Origin: Deltaproteobacteria bacterium
Lineage (GTDB): Bacteria; Myxococcota_A; Polyangia; Polyangiales; Houyiibacteriaceae
Direction of reading: 5' to 3'
Assembly: GCA_034670305.1 (NCBI GenBank)
Contig: JAXMNT010000022.1
Location: 57,545 to 121,544 of the forward strand
DNA: 64,000 nt
The translations under genes were made by a program, and so were the position numbers. The notes under the pieces were generated by a model. The model had not been told where the DNA came from, did no database searches, and was given only the letters and a program-made list of their open reading frames with translations. Below, one piece after another: positions 23,675 through 33,018 of this stretch; position 1 is the first letter of the stretch; each line of letters opens with the position of its first letter.

Positions 23675-23923
23675 GCCTTGCGCCTTGCCCTTGCCCTTGC
23701 CCTTGCCCTCGCCCTTGCATCTTCGGCGTCGGCATCGGCTTCGGCGTCGGAATCGGCGTCGGCGTCGGAATCGGCTTCGGCGTCGGCGTCGGCTTCGGCT
23801 TCGGCGTCGGCTTCGGATTCGGATTCGGCGTCGGCATCGGCTTCGGCATCGGCTTCGGCTTCGGAACCAAGGGCAAGGGCAAGGGCAAGGGCAGGGGCAA
23901 GGGCAAGGCAGGGCAGGGCAAGG
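23675..23923. repeat. Palindromic hexamer cassette: (CCCTTG)n arm, (TCGGCN/TCGGAN)n core, (CAAGGG)n arm
   Basis: Left arm 23675-23717 and right arm 23868-23923 are reverse complements (~40-bp stem); core 23721-23866; lies between divergent genes. Confidence 0.92.
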
Positions 23924-23957
23924 TGACGGCGGCGTTGGGCTCGTCTACCTTCGGCCC

Positions 23958-24431
23958 ATGTTCGATGCACCCATTCGCGTCGCCTTCCGCGCCGCCCACA
24001 AGGTGTTGCGTGCGTACTGGTTCGTACGCCGGCCCACCACGCGCGGCGCGCTCGCCGCGGTGTGGTGCGAAGGCAAACTCCTTCTGGTCAAAAACTCCTA
24101 CCGCAAGGAGTACACGGTGCCCGGCGGCTACGTGCGCCCCGGTGAAGATCCGCGCGCCGCCGCCGCGCGCGAGTTGCGCGAGGAGACCGGCGTGGTCCTC
24201 GAGCCCGGGCGCTTCGAGCACGCCTACCACGGGCAACACCCCTACGAGTTTCGCAAGGACACGCTCGACATCTACGAGGTGGAGATCGAACGGCCGCCGC
24301 GCATCCGCGTCGATCAGCGCGAGGTGGTGTGGGCCGCGTTCGAGACGCCGGCGGAGATTCGGCGGCGCGCGCTCGTCCCGCACATCGAGGAGTACCTGGC
24401 CGCGAGAGAAGAACGAAGCGACGCCTCGTGA
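23958..24431 (+). CDS. NUDIX hydrolase
   Basis: Nudix box [24 protein letters not shown]. Confidence 0.92.
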   Translation: MFDAPIRVAFRAAHKVLRAYWFVRRPTTRGALAAVWCEGKLLLVKNSYRKEYTVPGGYVRPGEDPRAAAARELREETGVVLEPGRFEHAYHGQHPYEFRKDTLDIYEVEIERPPRIRVDQREVVWAAFETPAEIRRRALVPHIEEYLAAREERSDAS

Positions 24432-25198
24432 GCGACGTCTCCGAACTGCGCGACGGGCTTCGGCGCGAGGCGCTCCGCGTCTACCTCCGCTACGCCGAGG
24501 AGTTCGTCGAACACTTCAACCTCTGCCCGTGGGCCGAACGCAGCCGGCGCGAGGGACGCGTGAAGATCGAGGTCGTGCTCGACGACGAGTCGCCGCTCGA
24601 CGTCGTGGAGCGGTTCGGTGCGGACCAAAACATCGAGGTCGGGTTGATCGTCATGCCGCTGGGGTCGCTGGCGGACGACGACACATCGACGCTCCTGGAC
24701 GCACTCCGGGCGGGTCAGACGGCGCGCGCGTTCAAGAAGGCCGTCGCGCGTCTGAGGGAGCGGCACGCGTCCACCCACAACGGCACGCCGCCCATGGCGC
24801 TGGCCGCGTTTCATCCCGATGCGGAAGCGAACCTGGAGACCGGTTCGCGGCTCGTGCCCTACATCCGGCGCAGCCCCGACCCCACCATCCAGTGCGTGCG
24901 TTTGAGTGTGCTCGCAGAGATGCGGCGCGGCACCGATCAGGGCACCGACTACGTCGATCTCTCGAAGGTGAACCTGCAAGAGTTGCTCGCCAAGAAGCGC
25001 CGACCCCCGCTGCACGAACGGGTCGCCGCGCAGAACCTCGAGATCTTTCAGGAGATCGGCGTGGAGCGCGCAGAGGCGGTCCTCGCCGACATCCACCGCG
25101 ACCGCGACGAGAGCTACGCGCGTCTTCTCGCGCGTCTGGCGGAGAGCCACGCGAGCGGTCTCGGAGGCCACTCGCTCGGCGAGAAGAACGCCGGGTAG
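24428..25198 (+). CDS. DUF1415-like protein
   Basis: GTGA overlap with the NUDIX gene; FNLCPWA, AAFHPD and [14 protein letters not shown] motifs. Confidence 0.7.
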   Translation: MSDVSELRDGLRREALRVYLRYAEEFVEHFNLCPWAERSRREGRVKIEVVLDDESPLDVVERFGADQNIEVGLIVMPLGSLADDDTSTLLDALRAGQTARAFKKAVARLRERHASTHNGTPPMALAAFHPDAEANLETGSRLVPYIRRSPDPTIQCVRLSVLAEMRRGTDQGTDYVDLSKVNLQELLAKKRRPPLHERVAAQNLEIFQEIGVERAEAVLADIHRDRDESYARLLARLAESHASGLGGHSLGEKNAG

Positions 25199-26592
25199 AG
25201 CACCAACATCCCGTACGGGAAGATCCCGAGCTGCATCGCGACGGCGAGCCCGACGTGAAAGCCCACGCCGAGCAGCAACCAGCCCTCGCGCACCCGCAGC
25301 CAGAGCAGCGCGCGCGACACGCGGCCGAGCGGTTGCCCCCGCGTGCGCTTGCGGCGGGCGAGCAGCGCGAGCCCCATGAACGTGGCGCCGAGTTCGAAGA
25401 CCATCGTGCTGGCGGTGCCGAGCTGCGTGAGCGGATACACGTCGGCGAGCCACGGGAGTTCGAAGCGCGCGAAGTGGGGGTCGTTGAGAATGATGTAGAG
25501 CGCGCTGAAGTCCCCATCCGGCCACCACGGCGACTGCATCTTGTGCAGCCCCGCGGAGAAGTAGATCCACAGCAGCTGGATCACGAGCAGCCGCCGCGGC
25601 CACGCGAGCACGGAGGTTCGTTTCGGGCGCCAGGTCTTGTGACGCCGCCACGCGTCGAACGAGAGGGTCGCGCCGCAATCGCTCAGCGCGAGCAGCACCA
25701 GCGCCGCGCGTAGGGCGACGTCGATCCCGCGGTCCCCCTGCGGCAACATCGCCCCGAGCTGCGCGCTCGCGAGAAGCAGCACCACGGCGGAGCTGCGGGC
25801 GAACACCCCGAACGCCAGCGTGACGCACGAGAGCACCGCCGCGCCAAACACCGCGTACGTGGTCTCGAGTTCGGCGCCGAAAAGCGCATGCGTCCAGATC
25901 GGATCGGGGAACGTGTCCCGGATCCCGAGCGCATGGCTGCTGCTCGGCCCCCACACCGTCCCCACCAGCCCCAGCAGCGCGACGTGCGCAAAATCCGCGA
26001 GCAGCACCAGCGCCACCCCGATCCGCACCCACGCCATCGGCTCCGCCCCCTCCCGCTCCGAACAAAACCCCACCCACCGCGCCCACCGAGACAAGCGGGG
26101 AGCGGCATCGCCTTCGGCATCGGCTTCGGCATCGGCATCGGCATCGGCTTCGGCTTCGGATTCGGATTCGGATTCGGGCTCGGCATCGGCATCGGCATCG
26201 GCATCGGCATCGGCATCGGCATCGGCATCGGCATCGCCGTCGGATCGGGCACGGGCACGGGCACGGGCACGGCCTTCCTCGCCGACGTATTCGGCCGACG
26301 CTGAAGCTGTCTCTGTCTCTGTCTCTGCCTCTGCCTCTGCCTCTGTCTCTGTCTCTGTCTCTGTCTCTGCCTCTGTCTCTGCCTCTGCCTCTGCCTCTGT
26401 CTCCGTCTCTGTCTCTGCCCCTGCCTCTGTCTCTGTCTCTGCCTCTGTCTCTGTCTCTGCCTCTGTCTCTGTCTCTGTCTCTGTCTCTGTCTCTGCCGCT
26501 GTCGCTGCCGCTGCCGCTGTCTCTGTCGCTGCCGCTGCCGCTGCCGCTGCCGCTGCCGCTGTCTCTGCCGCTGCCTCTTCCTCCTCCGTCAC
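25114..26592 (-). CDS. HTTM-domain membrane protein with N-terminal acidic low-complexity extension
   Basis: MAWVRIGV, LSFDA, WPRRLL, YFSAGLHK, FELG and FHVG...LGIFPY; GTG at 26592 overlaps the partner's stop (GTGA). A downstream start at ATG 26037 is possible. Confidence 0.85.
   Translation of the reverse strand: MTEEEEAAAETAAAAAAAAAAATETAAAAATAAETETETETETEAETETEAETETEAGAETETETEAEAEAETEAETETETETEAEAEAETETETASASAEYVGEEGRARARARARSDGDADADADADADADADADAEPESESESEAEADADADAEADAEGDAAPRLSRWARWVGFCSEREGAEPMAWVRIGVALVLLADFAHVALLGLVGTVWGPSSSHALGIRDTFPDPIWTHALFGAELETTYAVFGAAVLSCVTLAFGVFARSSAVVLLLASAQLGAMLPQGDRGIDVALRAALVLLALSDCGATLSFDAWRRHKTWRPKRTSVLAWPRRLLVIQLLWIYFSAGLHKMQSPWWPDGDFSALYIILNDPHFARFELPWLADVYPLTQLGTASTMVFELGATFMGLALLARRKRTRGQPLGRVSRALLWLRVREGWLLLGVGFHVGLAVAMQLGIFPYGMLVLYPAFFSPSEWPPRPLAWLSARRARRRA
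26103..26578. repeat. Composite hexamer tract: (TCGGCA/TCGGAT)n, (GGGCAC)4, (GTCTCT/GCCTCT)n, (GCCGCT)n
   Basis: Visible 6-bp periodicity in four blocks; stop-free in the HTTM frame. Confidence 0.95.
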
Positions 26593-27287
26593 GGCGCCAT
26601 CTCCGCCCGCCGCCGCACCTCTTCGAAGTGCCACGTCAACGTCCGCTCTGGCGGGTTCTCCTCGGTCGGCAGCGGCAGGTAGTACTGCGCCATGCGCACC
26701 CGTACCTCGACGAAGGTCTCATCGGCGTCGAATGCGCGCCGGGCCACCCAGTCGACGAACCGCGGGTAGTCGTACCGCGTGCCCGCACTGCCTGGGTTCC
26801 ACACGCCCCGCACCCGCCGGTACTCGAGCCGCGCGAGCTCCCAATCGTGGTCCTCGTCCCACGGCCGGTACAGCAGCTCGAACCCCTCACCCTCGCGCCG
26901 CGCCTCCACGTGCATCCACCAGGGCTCCGGGTCGGCGATGGGAAAAAGCGACCAACGCTGATGCACCCCCACCGCATCGAAGACCGGGTTGATGGGCCCG
27001 ACGAGGTCTGACCGGAACGCCTGCGCAGCATCGCTGAATCCGATCGCCCGCTCTCCGAGGTCGCGCGCGCTGACCTCCACGCCCACCGCGCCCAGCACGC
27101 CGGACCACCGCTCGAGCTCCCGCTGGCCGAGTGGTTTCTCCACGTTTCTCCGGTGAATTACGGGGACCGGACAGCCTTCGACCAAGTTCAGCAGGAGGAT
27201 CCCCGCGACCACGACGGCGCGAAGGGTCTGGCGCCGGACCGACTCGGACGGTCGGGGCAAGGAGTCGATTGGTCCCGCGCGGCGCAT
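26589..27287 (-). CDS. Membrane-anchored HTTM partner protein (SdpA/DUF5819-like by motif)
   Basis: N-terminal TM segment; HQRWSLFP motif; YRRVRGVW; translationally coupled to the HTTM gene. Confidence 0.7.
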   Translation of the reverse strand: MRRAGPIDSLPRPSESVRRQTLRAVVVAGILLLNLVEGCPVPVIHRRNVEKPLGQRELERWSGVLGAVGVEVSARDLGERAIGFSDAAQAFRSDLVGPINPVFDAVGVHQRWSLFPIADPEPWWMHVEARREGEGFELLYRPWDEDHDWELARLEYRRVRGVWNPGSAGTRYDYPRFVDWVARRAFDADETFVEVRVRMAQYYLPLPTEENPPERTLTWHFEEVRRRAEMAP

Positions 27288-27461
27288 GGCCGCGCATCAT
27301 GCCACGGCCGGTCCACCCGTGGCATCGCGTCGTGCCTCACCCAACACGCGGGAAACATTGACACTTGGAGGGCACAGAGGCGACCATCACGCGGTTATTG
27401 TTCCCGGTTTGCGGTTCACACTTCCCGTGAAACCCAGGTCGGGAGGAGCCCAACCCTCCGG

Positions 27462-30395
27462 ATGTCCGCGCTCACTTCCCTCCTCGTCCGGGACCAACAA
27501 GTCCCGGTCCGCAAGATCGAGGAAGCGATCCAGCGTCAGGTCATTTCCGGCGGTGGCCTGGACACGGTGCTGCTCGAGCTCGCGGCGCTCCCGGAGAACG
27601 TGCTCTCGGCCTACTGCGCGGCGGTGTACGGGCTGCTTCCCGCGACCCGCACCGAGGTCATGAACGTGGCCCGCGACACGATCCGGATCGTGCCGCGCGA
27701 GGTCGCCGAGCGACACAGCCTGGTCCCTCTGGCGATCGAAGAAGGCACGCTCGTCGTCGCGGTCTCCGATCCGCTCGACGACGCCACCGAGTCCCAGCTC
27801 GCGTTCTTGCTCGGAGTCGAGGTCGTCCAGCGGGTGGTGACCGAAGCCCGGCTCGTCGCAGCGCTCCACCACCACTACGGCGTCGAGATGCAGCCCCGTC
27901 TGCGTCGGTTGACCGAGAAGCTGCGCCAGCGCGAACCCGGCGCCATCCCGTTCGTCGCACCGCTCGAGATCAACGTCGCGGAACGCGAAGAAGTCGAAGA
28001 AGAAGACGACGAGTACGAGCACGAAGACACCGACGAGGCGGTCGGTCCCGACACCAAACGGTTCGGGGTGCTCGCGCCGGAAGAGAACGAGACCGTGCGC
28101 ATGAGCGTCTCGCAGGTGGTCGGGGTGCGAAAGAGCAGCCGCCCGCCGCCGCCCCGTCCGAGCGCTGCACCCAAGAAACGAAAAGAACGCCGCCGCATCG
28201 CGCTGCCGCAGAGCCAAGCGTTGCGGAAAAACCGTGGCCCGCTGACGGCGCGCCGCGCGGTCGACGTGCTCGGACAGGCCGAGGTGCGGGACGACATTCT
28301 CGAGGTCGGGTTCGCCTTCGCCAAACAGTTCTTCGACCACACCGCGCTCTTCGTCGTGCACGAGGACGAAGTCGAAGGGCTCGATGCGGTGGGCCCCGGC
28401 GCTTCCCACGAGGCGATGCCGCAGATCTCGCTCTCGCTCTCCGAGCCCTCGTGTTTCGCGCTCGTGGTCGAAGGCGTGGTGCCGCTCATCACGCATCTCG
28501 ATCAAACCGACGTCGAGCGCACCCTGCGCGCCCAGCTGGACCGCAACGGCGCGATGCCCGCGATGCTCGTCCCCGTCGCGATCCGTTCACGCGTCGTCAT
28601 GATCTTCTATGGCGATCGCAACGGCGACGACTTCGGGCTGCAGGATGTGCCGGAGCTCCTGGCGTTCGCGCCGCGGCTGAGCGAAGCGTTTCAGCAGCTC
28701 ATCTTGCGCCGCAAGCTCAGCCCGCCGGTGCCGGAGTCCGCGGCCCCGGAGATCGAGGGCTCGAAAGCGCGCCTCGCGTCCAAGGCCCCGCAGAAAAACA
28801 CCCTTCGCCCGCCCGCGCCCGCGGCCGCCGAAGAGGTCGTTCCGACCAAGCTGCCGATGCCGAGCGTGGCACCGAGTTTCGAGGACGAACCGAGCGCGTT
28901 GGAGGATGCGGTGCGCGGCAGCCTGCACCCGCCGCCCCCGGAAGACGCCATTCCTCTCGAGCCCATCGCCCCGATGGATCCCGAACCGGTGGAGCCGGAG
29001 CACGCAGAGCAACGGCCGAAGAAGCGGCCGATGCCGAAGCCGCGTCGAAAGAAGAAGCGGTCCGCCGCGTTCGAAGTGCTGGGGGTGCCCCGCAGTGCCC
29101 CGCCACCGCCCAAACCCGGCGCGATGCCCGCGGTCGCGGCGCACGGTGCGATCACCATCAGCGACGTCCCTGCGCCATTGGCCGAAGAGGACGACGACGA
29201 GCCGGAGCTCGAGTTCGGCGAAGCGGACGAGTCGGAGTTCGAGGGCATCGAAGAAGAAGAGGCCGGCGTCGGCGGTGCCGGCTCCTACTCGATGGCGGGC
29301 ACCGAGGAGGTGGTGGTGGGCACGCCCCGCTCTTCCCGCCCGCCGATGGCCGATCCCCGCCGCGAAGGCGGCCGCCCCGCGCCACGCACCGAAGTCATCG
29401 CGCCGATCGAAGGCATCACGCCGGCGTCGAGTCCGGCCGCGCGGCGCTCCTCGCCAGGGACCGAGTCTTCGCCGTCTTCGCCGGCGAGCCAAGACCTACC
29501 GAAGGTGATGATCGAGATCGATCCCACCCTGGAGAAGGTCGTGCTTCGGGTGCAAGCGATCGGTCCGGACGATGCGTCCAACGCCATTTCGAACGTGGTG
29601 GCTTCCGGCGAGCCGGCGTTGCCGGTCCTCATCCGAGATTTTCCGGGACCACTGTGGTTCGACCGACACCGTCCGCATCGGCGCTTGCCGCGGGGCCGGG
29701 ACGTGAGCGGGATCTCGCGCACCTTGGTCGCGTTCGGCGACGCGGCGGTTCCCTACGTCGCGACGTTGCTCGACCACCGCGCCATGGACACCCGCTTCTA
29801 CGCGACCTTGCTCGCGTCCGAGTTCGCTCACCCGCACCTGGTCGCGGGGCTCGGCCGCCGCATCTTTGACGAAGACCCGAAGACAGCCGCGCTCGCGCTC
29901 GACGTGCTCCGCGTCCTCTCCCGCTTCGAACGCGAGATGGAAGACGTGATCCAGATGGTTCGCGCCACCGCCCGCGTGCCACGTCGCTCGGCCGATCACC
30001 GCGCCCGCGCCGCCCGCGCGCTCGGCGAACTGCGCGACACCCGGTCCCTCGACCTGTTGGTCGATCTGCTCGCCGCCCACGAAGACATCCTCGTCCAGTC
30101 TGCGCACATCGCGCTCGTCATCCTCACCCGGCAGGACTTCGGCCAAGCCCGCGGCCGCTGGGTCGAGTGGATGGACGCCAACGGCGGCCGACACCGCATC
30201 GAGTGGCTCATCGACGCCCTCCTGCATCCCGACGAAGCGCTTCGCACCGCGGCCGCCGACGAGCTGAAGCACATCACCCAGGAGTACTACGGCTTCCATC
30301 CGAGACTCCCGAAGCACGACCGCGAGATCATGCAGAAGAAGTACCGCCGCTGGTGGGACACCGAAGGCCACCGCCGCTTCAAGATGCCGTCGTAG
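27462..30395 (+). CDS. Multidomain protein: MshEN/GspE-N-like N-terminus, GAF-like domain, Pro/Glu-rich linker, C-terminal HEAT repeats (FrgA-like architecture)
   Basis: IEEAIQRQVISGGGLDTVLLEL...VPREVAERHSLVPL...LVVAVSDP (GspE-N); MLVPVAIRSRVVMIFYGD (GAF); RARAARALGELRD (HEAT). Confidence 0.75.
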   Translation: MSALTSLLVRDQQVPVRKIEEAIQRQVISGGGLDTVLLELAALPENVLSAYCAAVYGLLPATRTEVMNVARDTIRIVPREVAERHSLVPLAIEEGTLVVAVSDPLDDATESQLAFLLGVEVVQRVVTEARLVAALHHHYGVEMQPRLRRLTEKLRQREPGAIPFVAPLEINVAEREEVEEEDDEYEHEDTDEAVGPDTKRFGVLAPEENETVRMSVSQVVGVRKSSRPPPPRPSAAPKKRKERRRIALPQSQALRKNRGPLTARRAVDVLGQAEVRDDILEVGFAFAKQFFDHTALFVVHEDEVEGLDAVGPGASHEAMPQISLSLSEPSCFALVVEGVVPLITHLDQTDVERTLRAQLDRNGAMPAMLVPVAIRSRVVMIFYGDRNGDDFGLQDVPELLAFAPRLSEAFQQLILRRKLSPPVPESAAPEIEGSKARLASKAPQKNTLRPPAPAAAEEVVPTKLPMPSVAPSFEDEPSALEDAVRGSLHPPPPEDAIPLEPIAPMDPEPVEPEHAEQRPKKRPMPKPRRKKKRSAAFEVLGVPRSAPPPPKPGAMPAVAAHGAITISDVPAPLAEEDDDEPELEFGEADESEFEGIEEEEAGVGGAGSYSMAGTEEVVVGTPRSSRPPMADPRREGGRPAPRTEVIAPIEGITPASSPAARRSSPGTESSPSSPASQDLPKVMIEIDPTLEKVVLRVQAIGPDDASNAISNVVASGEPALPVLIRDFPGPLWFDRHRPHRRLPRGRDVSGISRTLVAFGDAAVPYVATLLDHRAMDTRFYATLLASEFAHPHLVAGLGRRIFDEDPKTAALALDVLRVLSRFEREMEDVIQMVRATARVPRRSADHRARAARALGELRDTRSLDLLVDLLAAHEDILVQSAHIALVILTRQDFGQARGRWVEWMDANGGRHRIEWLIDALLHPDEALRTAAADELKHITQEYYGFHPRLPKHDREIMQKKYRRWWDTEGHRRFKMPS

Positions 30396-30442
30396 TCAGC
30401 CCCGCAAGGCCCCTCCCTGCGCGGCGCCCTCAGCTCGCGTGG

Positions 30443-30666
30443 GCTGCCGCTGCCGCTGCCGCTGTCGCTGCCGCTGCCGCTGTCTCTGCCGCTGCAGCTG
30501 CGCTGTCGCTGGCGCTGTAGCTGTCTCCGCCGCCGTCTCTGCCACTGCCGCTGTCGCTGCCGCTGCCGCTGTCTCTGCCGCTGCCGCTGTAGCTGCCGCT
30601 GCCGCTGCCGCTGTCTCCGCCGCCGTCTCTGCCGCCGTCTCTGCCGCTGTCTCTGCCGCTGCCGCT
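30443..30666. repeat. Intergenic hexamer tract (GCCGCT/GTCGCT/GTCTCT)n
   Basis: 6-bp periodicity between convergent genes; shares a 31-mer with 26495-26525. Confidence 0.93.
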
Positions 30667-30670
30667 CGGC

Positions 30671-31768
30671 TCAGCTCGGGTCCGTTGGTTCCGCCCGCGT
30701 CGTCGGCGTCGCGATCAAGTCGGTGAGCTCGTCGTCTTGGCGCGGTCGTTCGTCGATGAGCATCTCGCAGTCGTCCTCACCATCCGGCAAGGCGTCGCGA
30801 ACCTCGGCCACCCAGTCTTCCGCCAGAGCGCGCGCGGTAGCGCCGGTCGTTGGACGCTTCTGCGGTTGGAAGCAGCTCACCAGCCATCGGTTGAGTCGGA
30901 CTCGGGCCATCGGCGAGACATCGACGGCACGTCGGGTCTCCCCTTCGACCCAGATGGGCTCGTCAGGTCGCGTGCTCTCGCGATGGCTGGCCGCTTCCGC
31001 TTTCGCGAAGATCTCTTCATAGAGCGCGGCCAGCGCATCGGGAACGAACCCGTCTCCGCCCTCGCTCAGCGGCTGCCACAAGGCGATCACCTGCGGGTTG
31101 ATGCGCTCCTCGCACGCGGCGAGCAGTCGGTCGTGGCCGTCGAGGATCACGTACATCTGCAGGCCCCCGACCCACCAGAGGAGGATGGGTGGAAGCGTGT
31201 TGTCGCGGGCGTGTTTGCGCCACGACTTCACGCGACCGTCGTCCGGCGCGCTTGGCAAACGCAGTGGGAGAACGGCGTCTGACCCGTTGATGCCCCAACT
31301 CTCGTAGTGGAGTCGCGGCAACTGAAGGGACGCCCGCAGGTCATACGCCTCGGGTGGCAGACGGGTCGCCGGCGACGTGAACCGGTCTGGGCCGATGCGC
31401 TGGTGCGGAGGCGGTGGGACGGCGCGCAGTTCGGTGAGCCTCCAGGTCCCGGCCCGCAGCGGCGAGTGCCCGGAGCGGTCCAGAGCGGCCGCGAACCACC
31501 GCATCCACCCATCGGTCCCCCGAATTCGGCGCGCGTCGTCCGCGCGAATCGGATCCACGATGGCGGGGGAGGTGGGTGTCGTGTGGTCGGGCCTCAGGGT
31601 CCACACGCCGTACGTTCCGCGGACGACGTAAGCCCACAGCAGTCGCTGCGCACCGATGGACAAACGCAGGCGCCGCGACCTGGCGCACTCGAGCGTCAGG
31701 CCCGGGGTGCGGCCGACAGGTACGTCTCCCTCGATCCCGCCGTCGTCTTCTGCATCCCGCCAGAACAT
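30671..31768 (-). CDS. Hypothetical protein with ParB/sulfiredoxin-like motif
   Basis: LPPILLW...YVILDGHDRLLAA resembles the ParB/Srx DGxxR signature. Confidence 0.55.
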   Translation of the reverse strand: MFWRDAEDDGGIEGDVPVGRTPGLTLECARSRRLRLSIGAQRLLWAYVVRGTYGVWTLRPDHTTPTSPAIVDPIRADDARRIRGTDGWMRWFAAALDRSGHSPLRAGTWRLTELRAVPPPPHQRIGPDRFTSPATRLPPEAYDLRASLQLPRLHYESWGINGSDAVLPLRLPSAPDDGRVKSWRKHARDNTLPPILLWWVGGLQMYVILDGHDRLLAACEERINPQVIALWQPLSEGGDGFVPDALAALYEEIFAKAEAASHRESTRPDEPIWVEGETRRAVDVSPMARVRLNRWLVSCFQPQKRPTTGATARALAEDWVAEVRDALPDGEDDCEMLIDERPRQDDELTDLIATPTTRAEPTDPS

Positions 31769-31827
31769 CGTCGGAAGCTAAGAACCGGTCACGCGTCTGC
31801 AACCCGTGCGGTTGGCGCGCGCGCGCC

Positions 31828-32916
31828 TCACTCGGGTGGGGGCTGGTCGCGCCACGGAATCAGGAGGGCGGCGTCGGAGGACGGGGGGAAGGGTTCGTCG
31901 GGGTCGCCGACGCCCTGCATGAAGAGGGTCACGTTCTCGCCCACTTTGAAGGTGGTGGCGATGTTGACGCCGGCTTCCCCGAACTGACCGGCCAGGAACG
32001 AGAAGGCGTTCGGCACGAGGAACTGCGCGATCTGCGCTTCCGGAACGCAGTCCATGTCGGGCGCGACGTGCGCGTGCAGGGTGAGCAGCCCGCGCTCGAT
32101 CGCCACCGTCGTGAGGTAGGGGGTGACCTCGCCGTAGTCGACGTTCTCGAAGAGCTCGACCGGAGGCATCTCACCGCCGCTTCCGTCTGGGTCCCAGCAG
32201 AAGTCGAGCGGCGGGGCGTTGACCTGCGAGTTGTGGAAGCGGAGGTGGTTGTTCTCAGCGTCGATGGCGGGGTCGTCTTCGAAGAGCATCACGCGCGCAT
32301 CGCGGGTCTCGCCGCATGGCTGGTCGAACGTCGGACCGCAGAAGTTGTCGTCGCCGAGCAGGCCGATGAGCGCGACGGTCGCGTAGGCGTCCGCATCGAC
32401 GGCGCCTTCGGGGATGTCCGCGACGATGACCGGCTCGACGGACGCGTCGGGACACCCGGCTTCGGTGTCGGTCTCCTGGTAGACCTTCATCCGGTACCCG
32501 ACGCCGGCGCTGAGCGCGAACGGGATGTAGGGCGTGATGCCGCGGAACGGAACCGGATCGTCCGGCGGCGCGGGGAGCGGTCCGGTGGGTGCGCCCGCCT
32601 CGACGCCTCCGACGAGCGACGAGATGCACAGCCGCATGTCGGGCCCATCCGGAATCAAGTACGCGAGCCGCACGTTCGCCGTCGCCACCGGCCCGGTGTC
32701 GGGTCCGCTGTCCATGGGCATCGGACCCGTGTCGACGCCGGCGTCGCGCATCGGTCCCGCGTCCGAAGCGCGCGGACGTGGCCGGCACGCCCTCGCGACG
32801 CACATGAGGTCCTCGACGCAATCCGAGTCGCGCCGACAGTACTCTCCAGACTGTCCGCCCGCATCGATGCACCCGCTCCCGAGCACCATTCCGAGGACCA
32901 CCCACTGACGCACCAT
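31828..32916 (-). CDS. Lipoprotein with DUF4397-like domain
   Basis: Lipobox GSG-C; small Cys module; VRLAYLIPDGP and LRFHNSQVNAPPLDFC...LFENVDYG. Confidence 0.7.
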   Translation of the reverse strand: MVRQWVVLGMVLGSGCIDAGGQSGEYCRRDSDCVEDLMCVARACRPRPRASDAGPMRDAGVDTGPMPMDSGPDTGPVATANVRLAYLIPDGPDMRLCISSLVGGVEAGAPTGPLPAPPDDPVPFRGITPYIPFALSAGVGYRMKVYQETDTEAGCPDASVEPVIVADIPEGAVDADAYATVALIGLLGDDNFCGPTFDQPCGETRDARVMLFEDDPAIDAENNHLRFHNSQVNAPPLDFCWDPDGSGGEMPPVELFENVDYGEVTPYLTTVAIERGLLTLHAHVAPDMDCVPEAQIAQFLVPNAFSFLAGQFGEAGVNIATTFKVGENVTLFMQGVGDPDEPFPPSSDAALLIPWRDQPPPE

Positions 32917-33018
32917 GCCCCCATGATGCCACAACCCGGTTCGCTCGGTTAGATCGCGGCAGGCGCTCTCGGCCGGCTGTGCCCGCCGGTTGGAACGCGC
33001 CCTGATGATCCTTGCGTT

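Noticed and set aside
23608-23970. Extended N-terminus of the NamZ fusion through the repeat cassette
   Set aside because: The lipoprotein signal begins at 23607, and the extension is repeat-derived and overlaps the NUDIX start.
32917-32931. Minus-strand GG-N10-GC sigma54-like motif
   Set aside because: The GC abuts the predicted start codon, leaving no room for a transcript leader; likely chance in GC-rich DNA.
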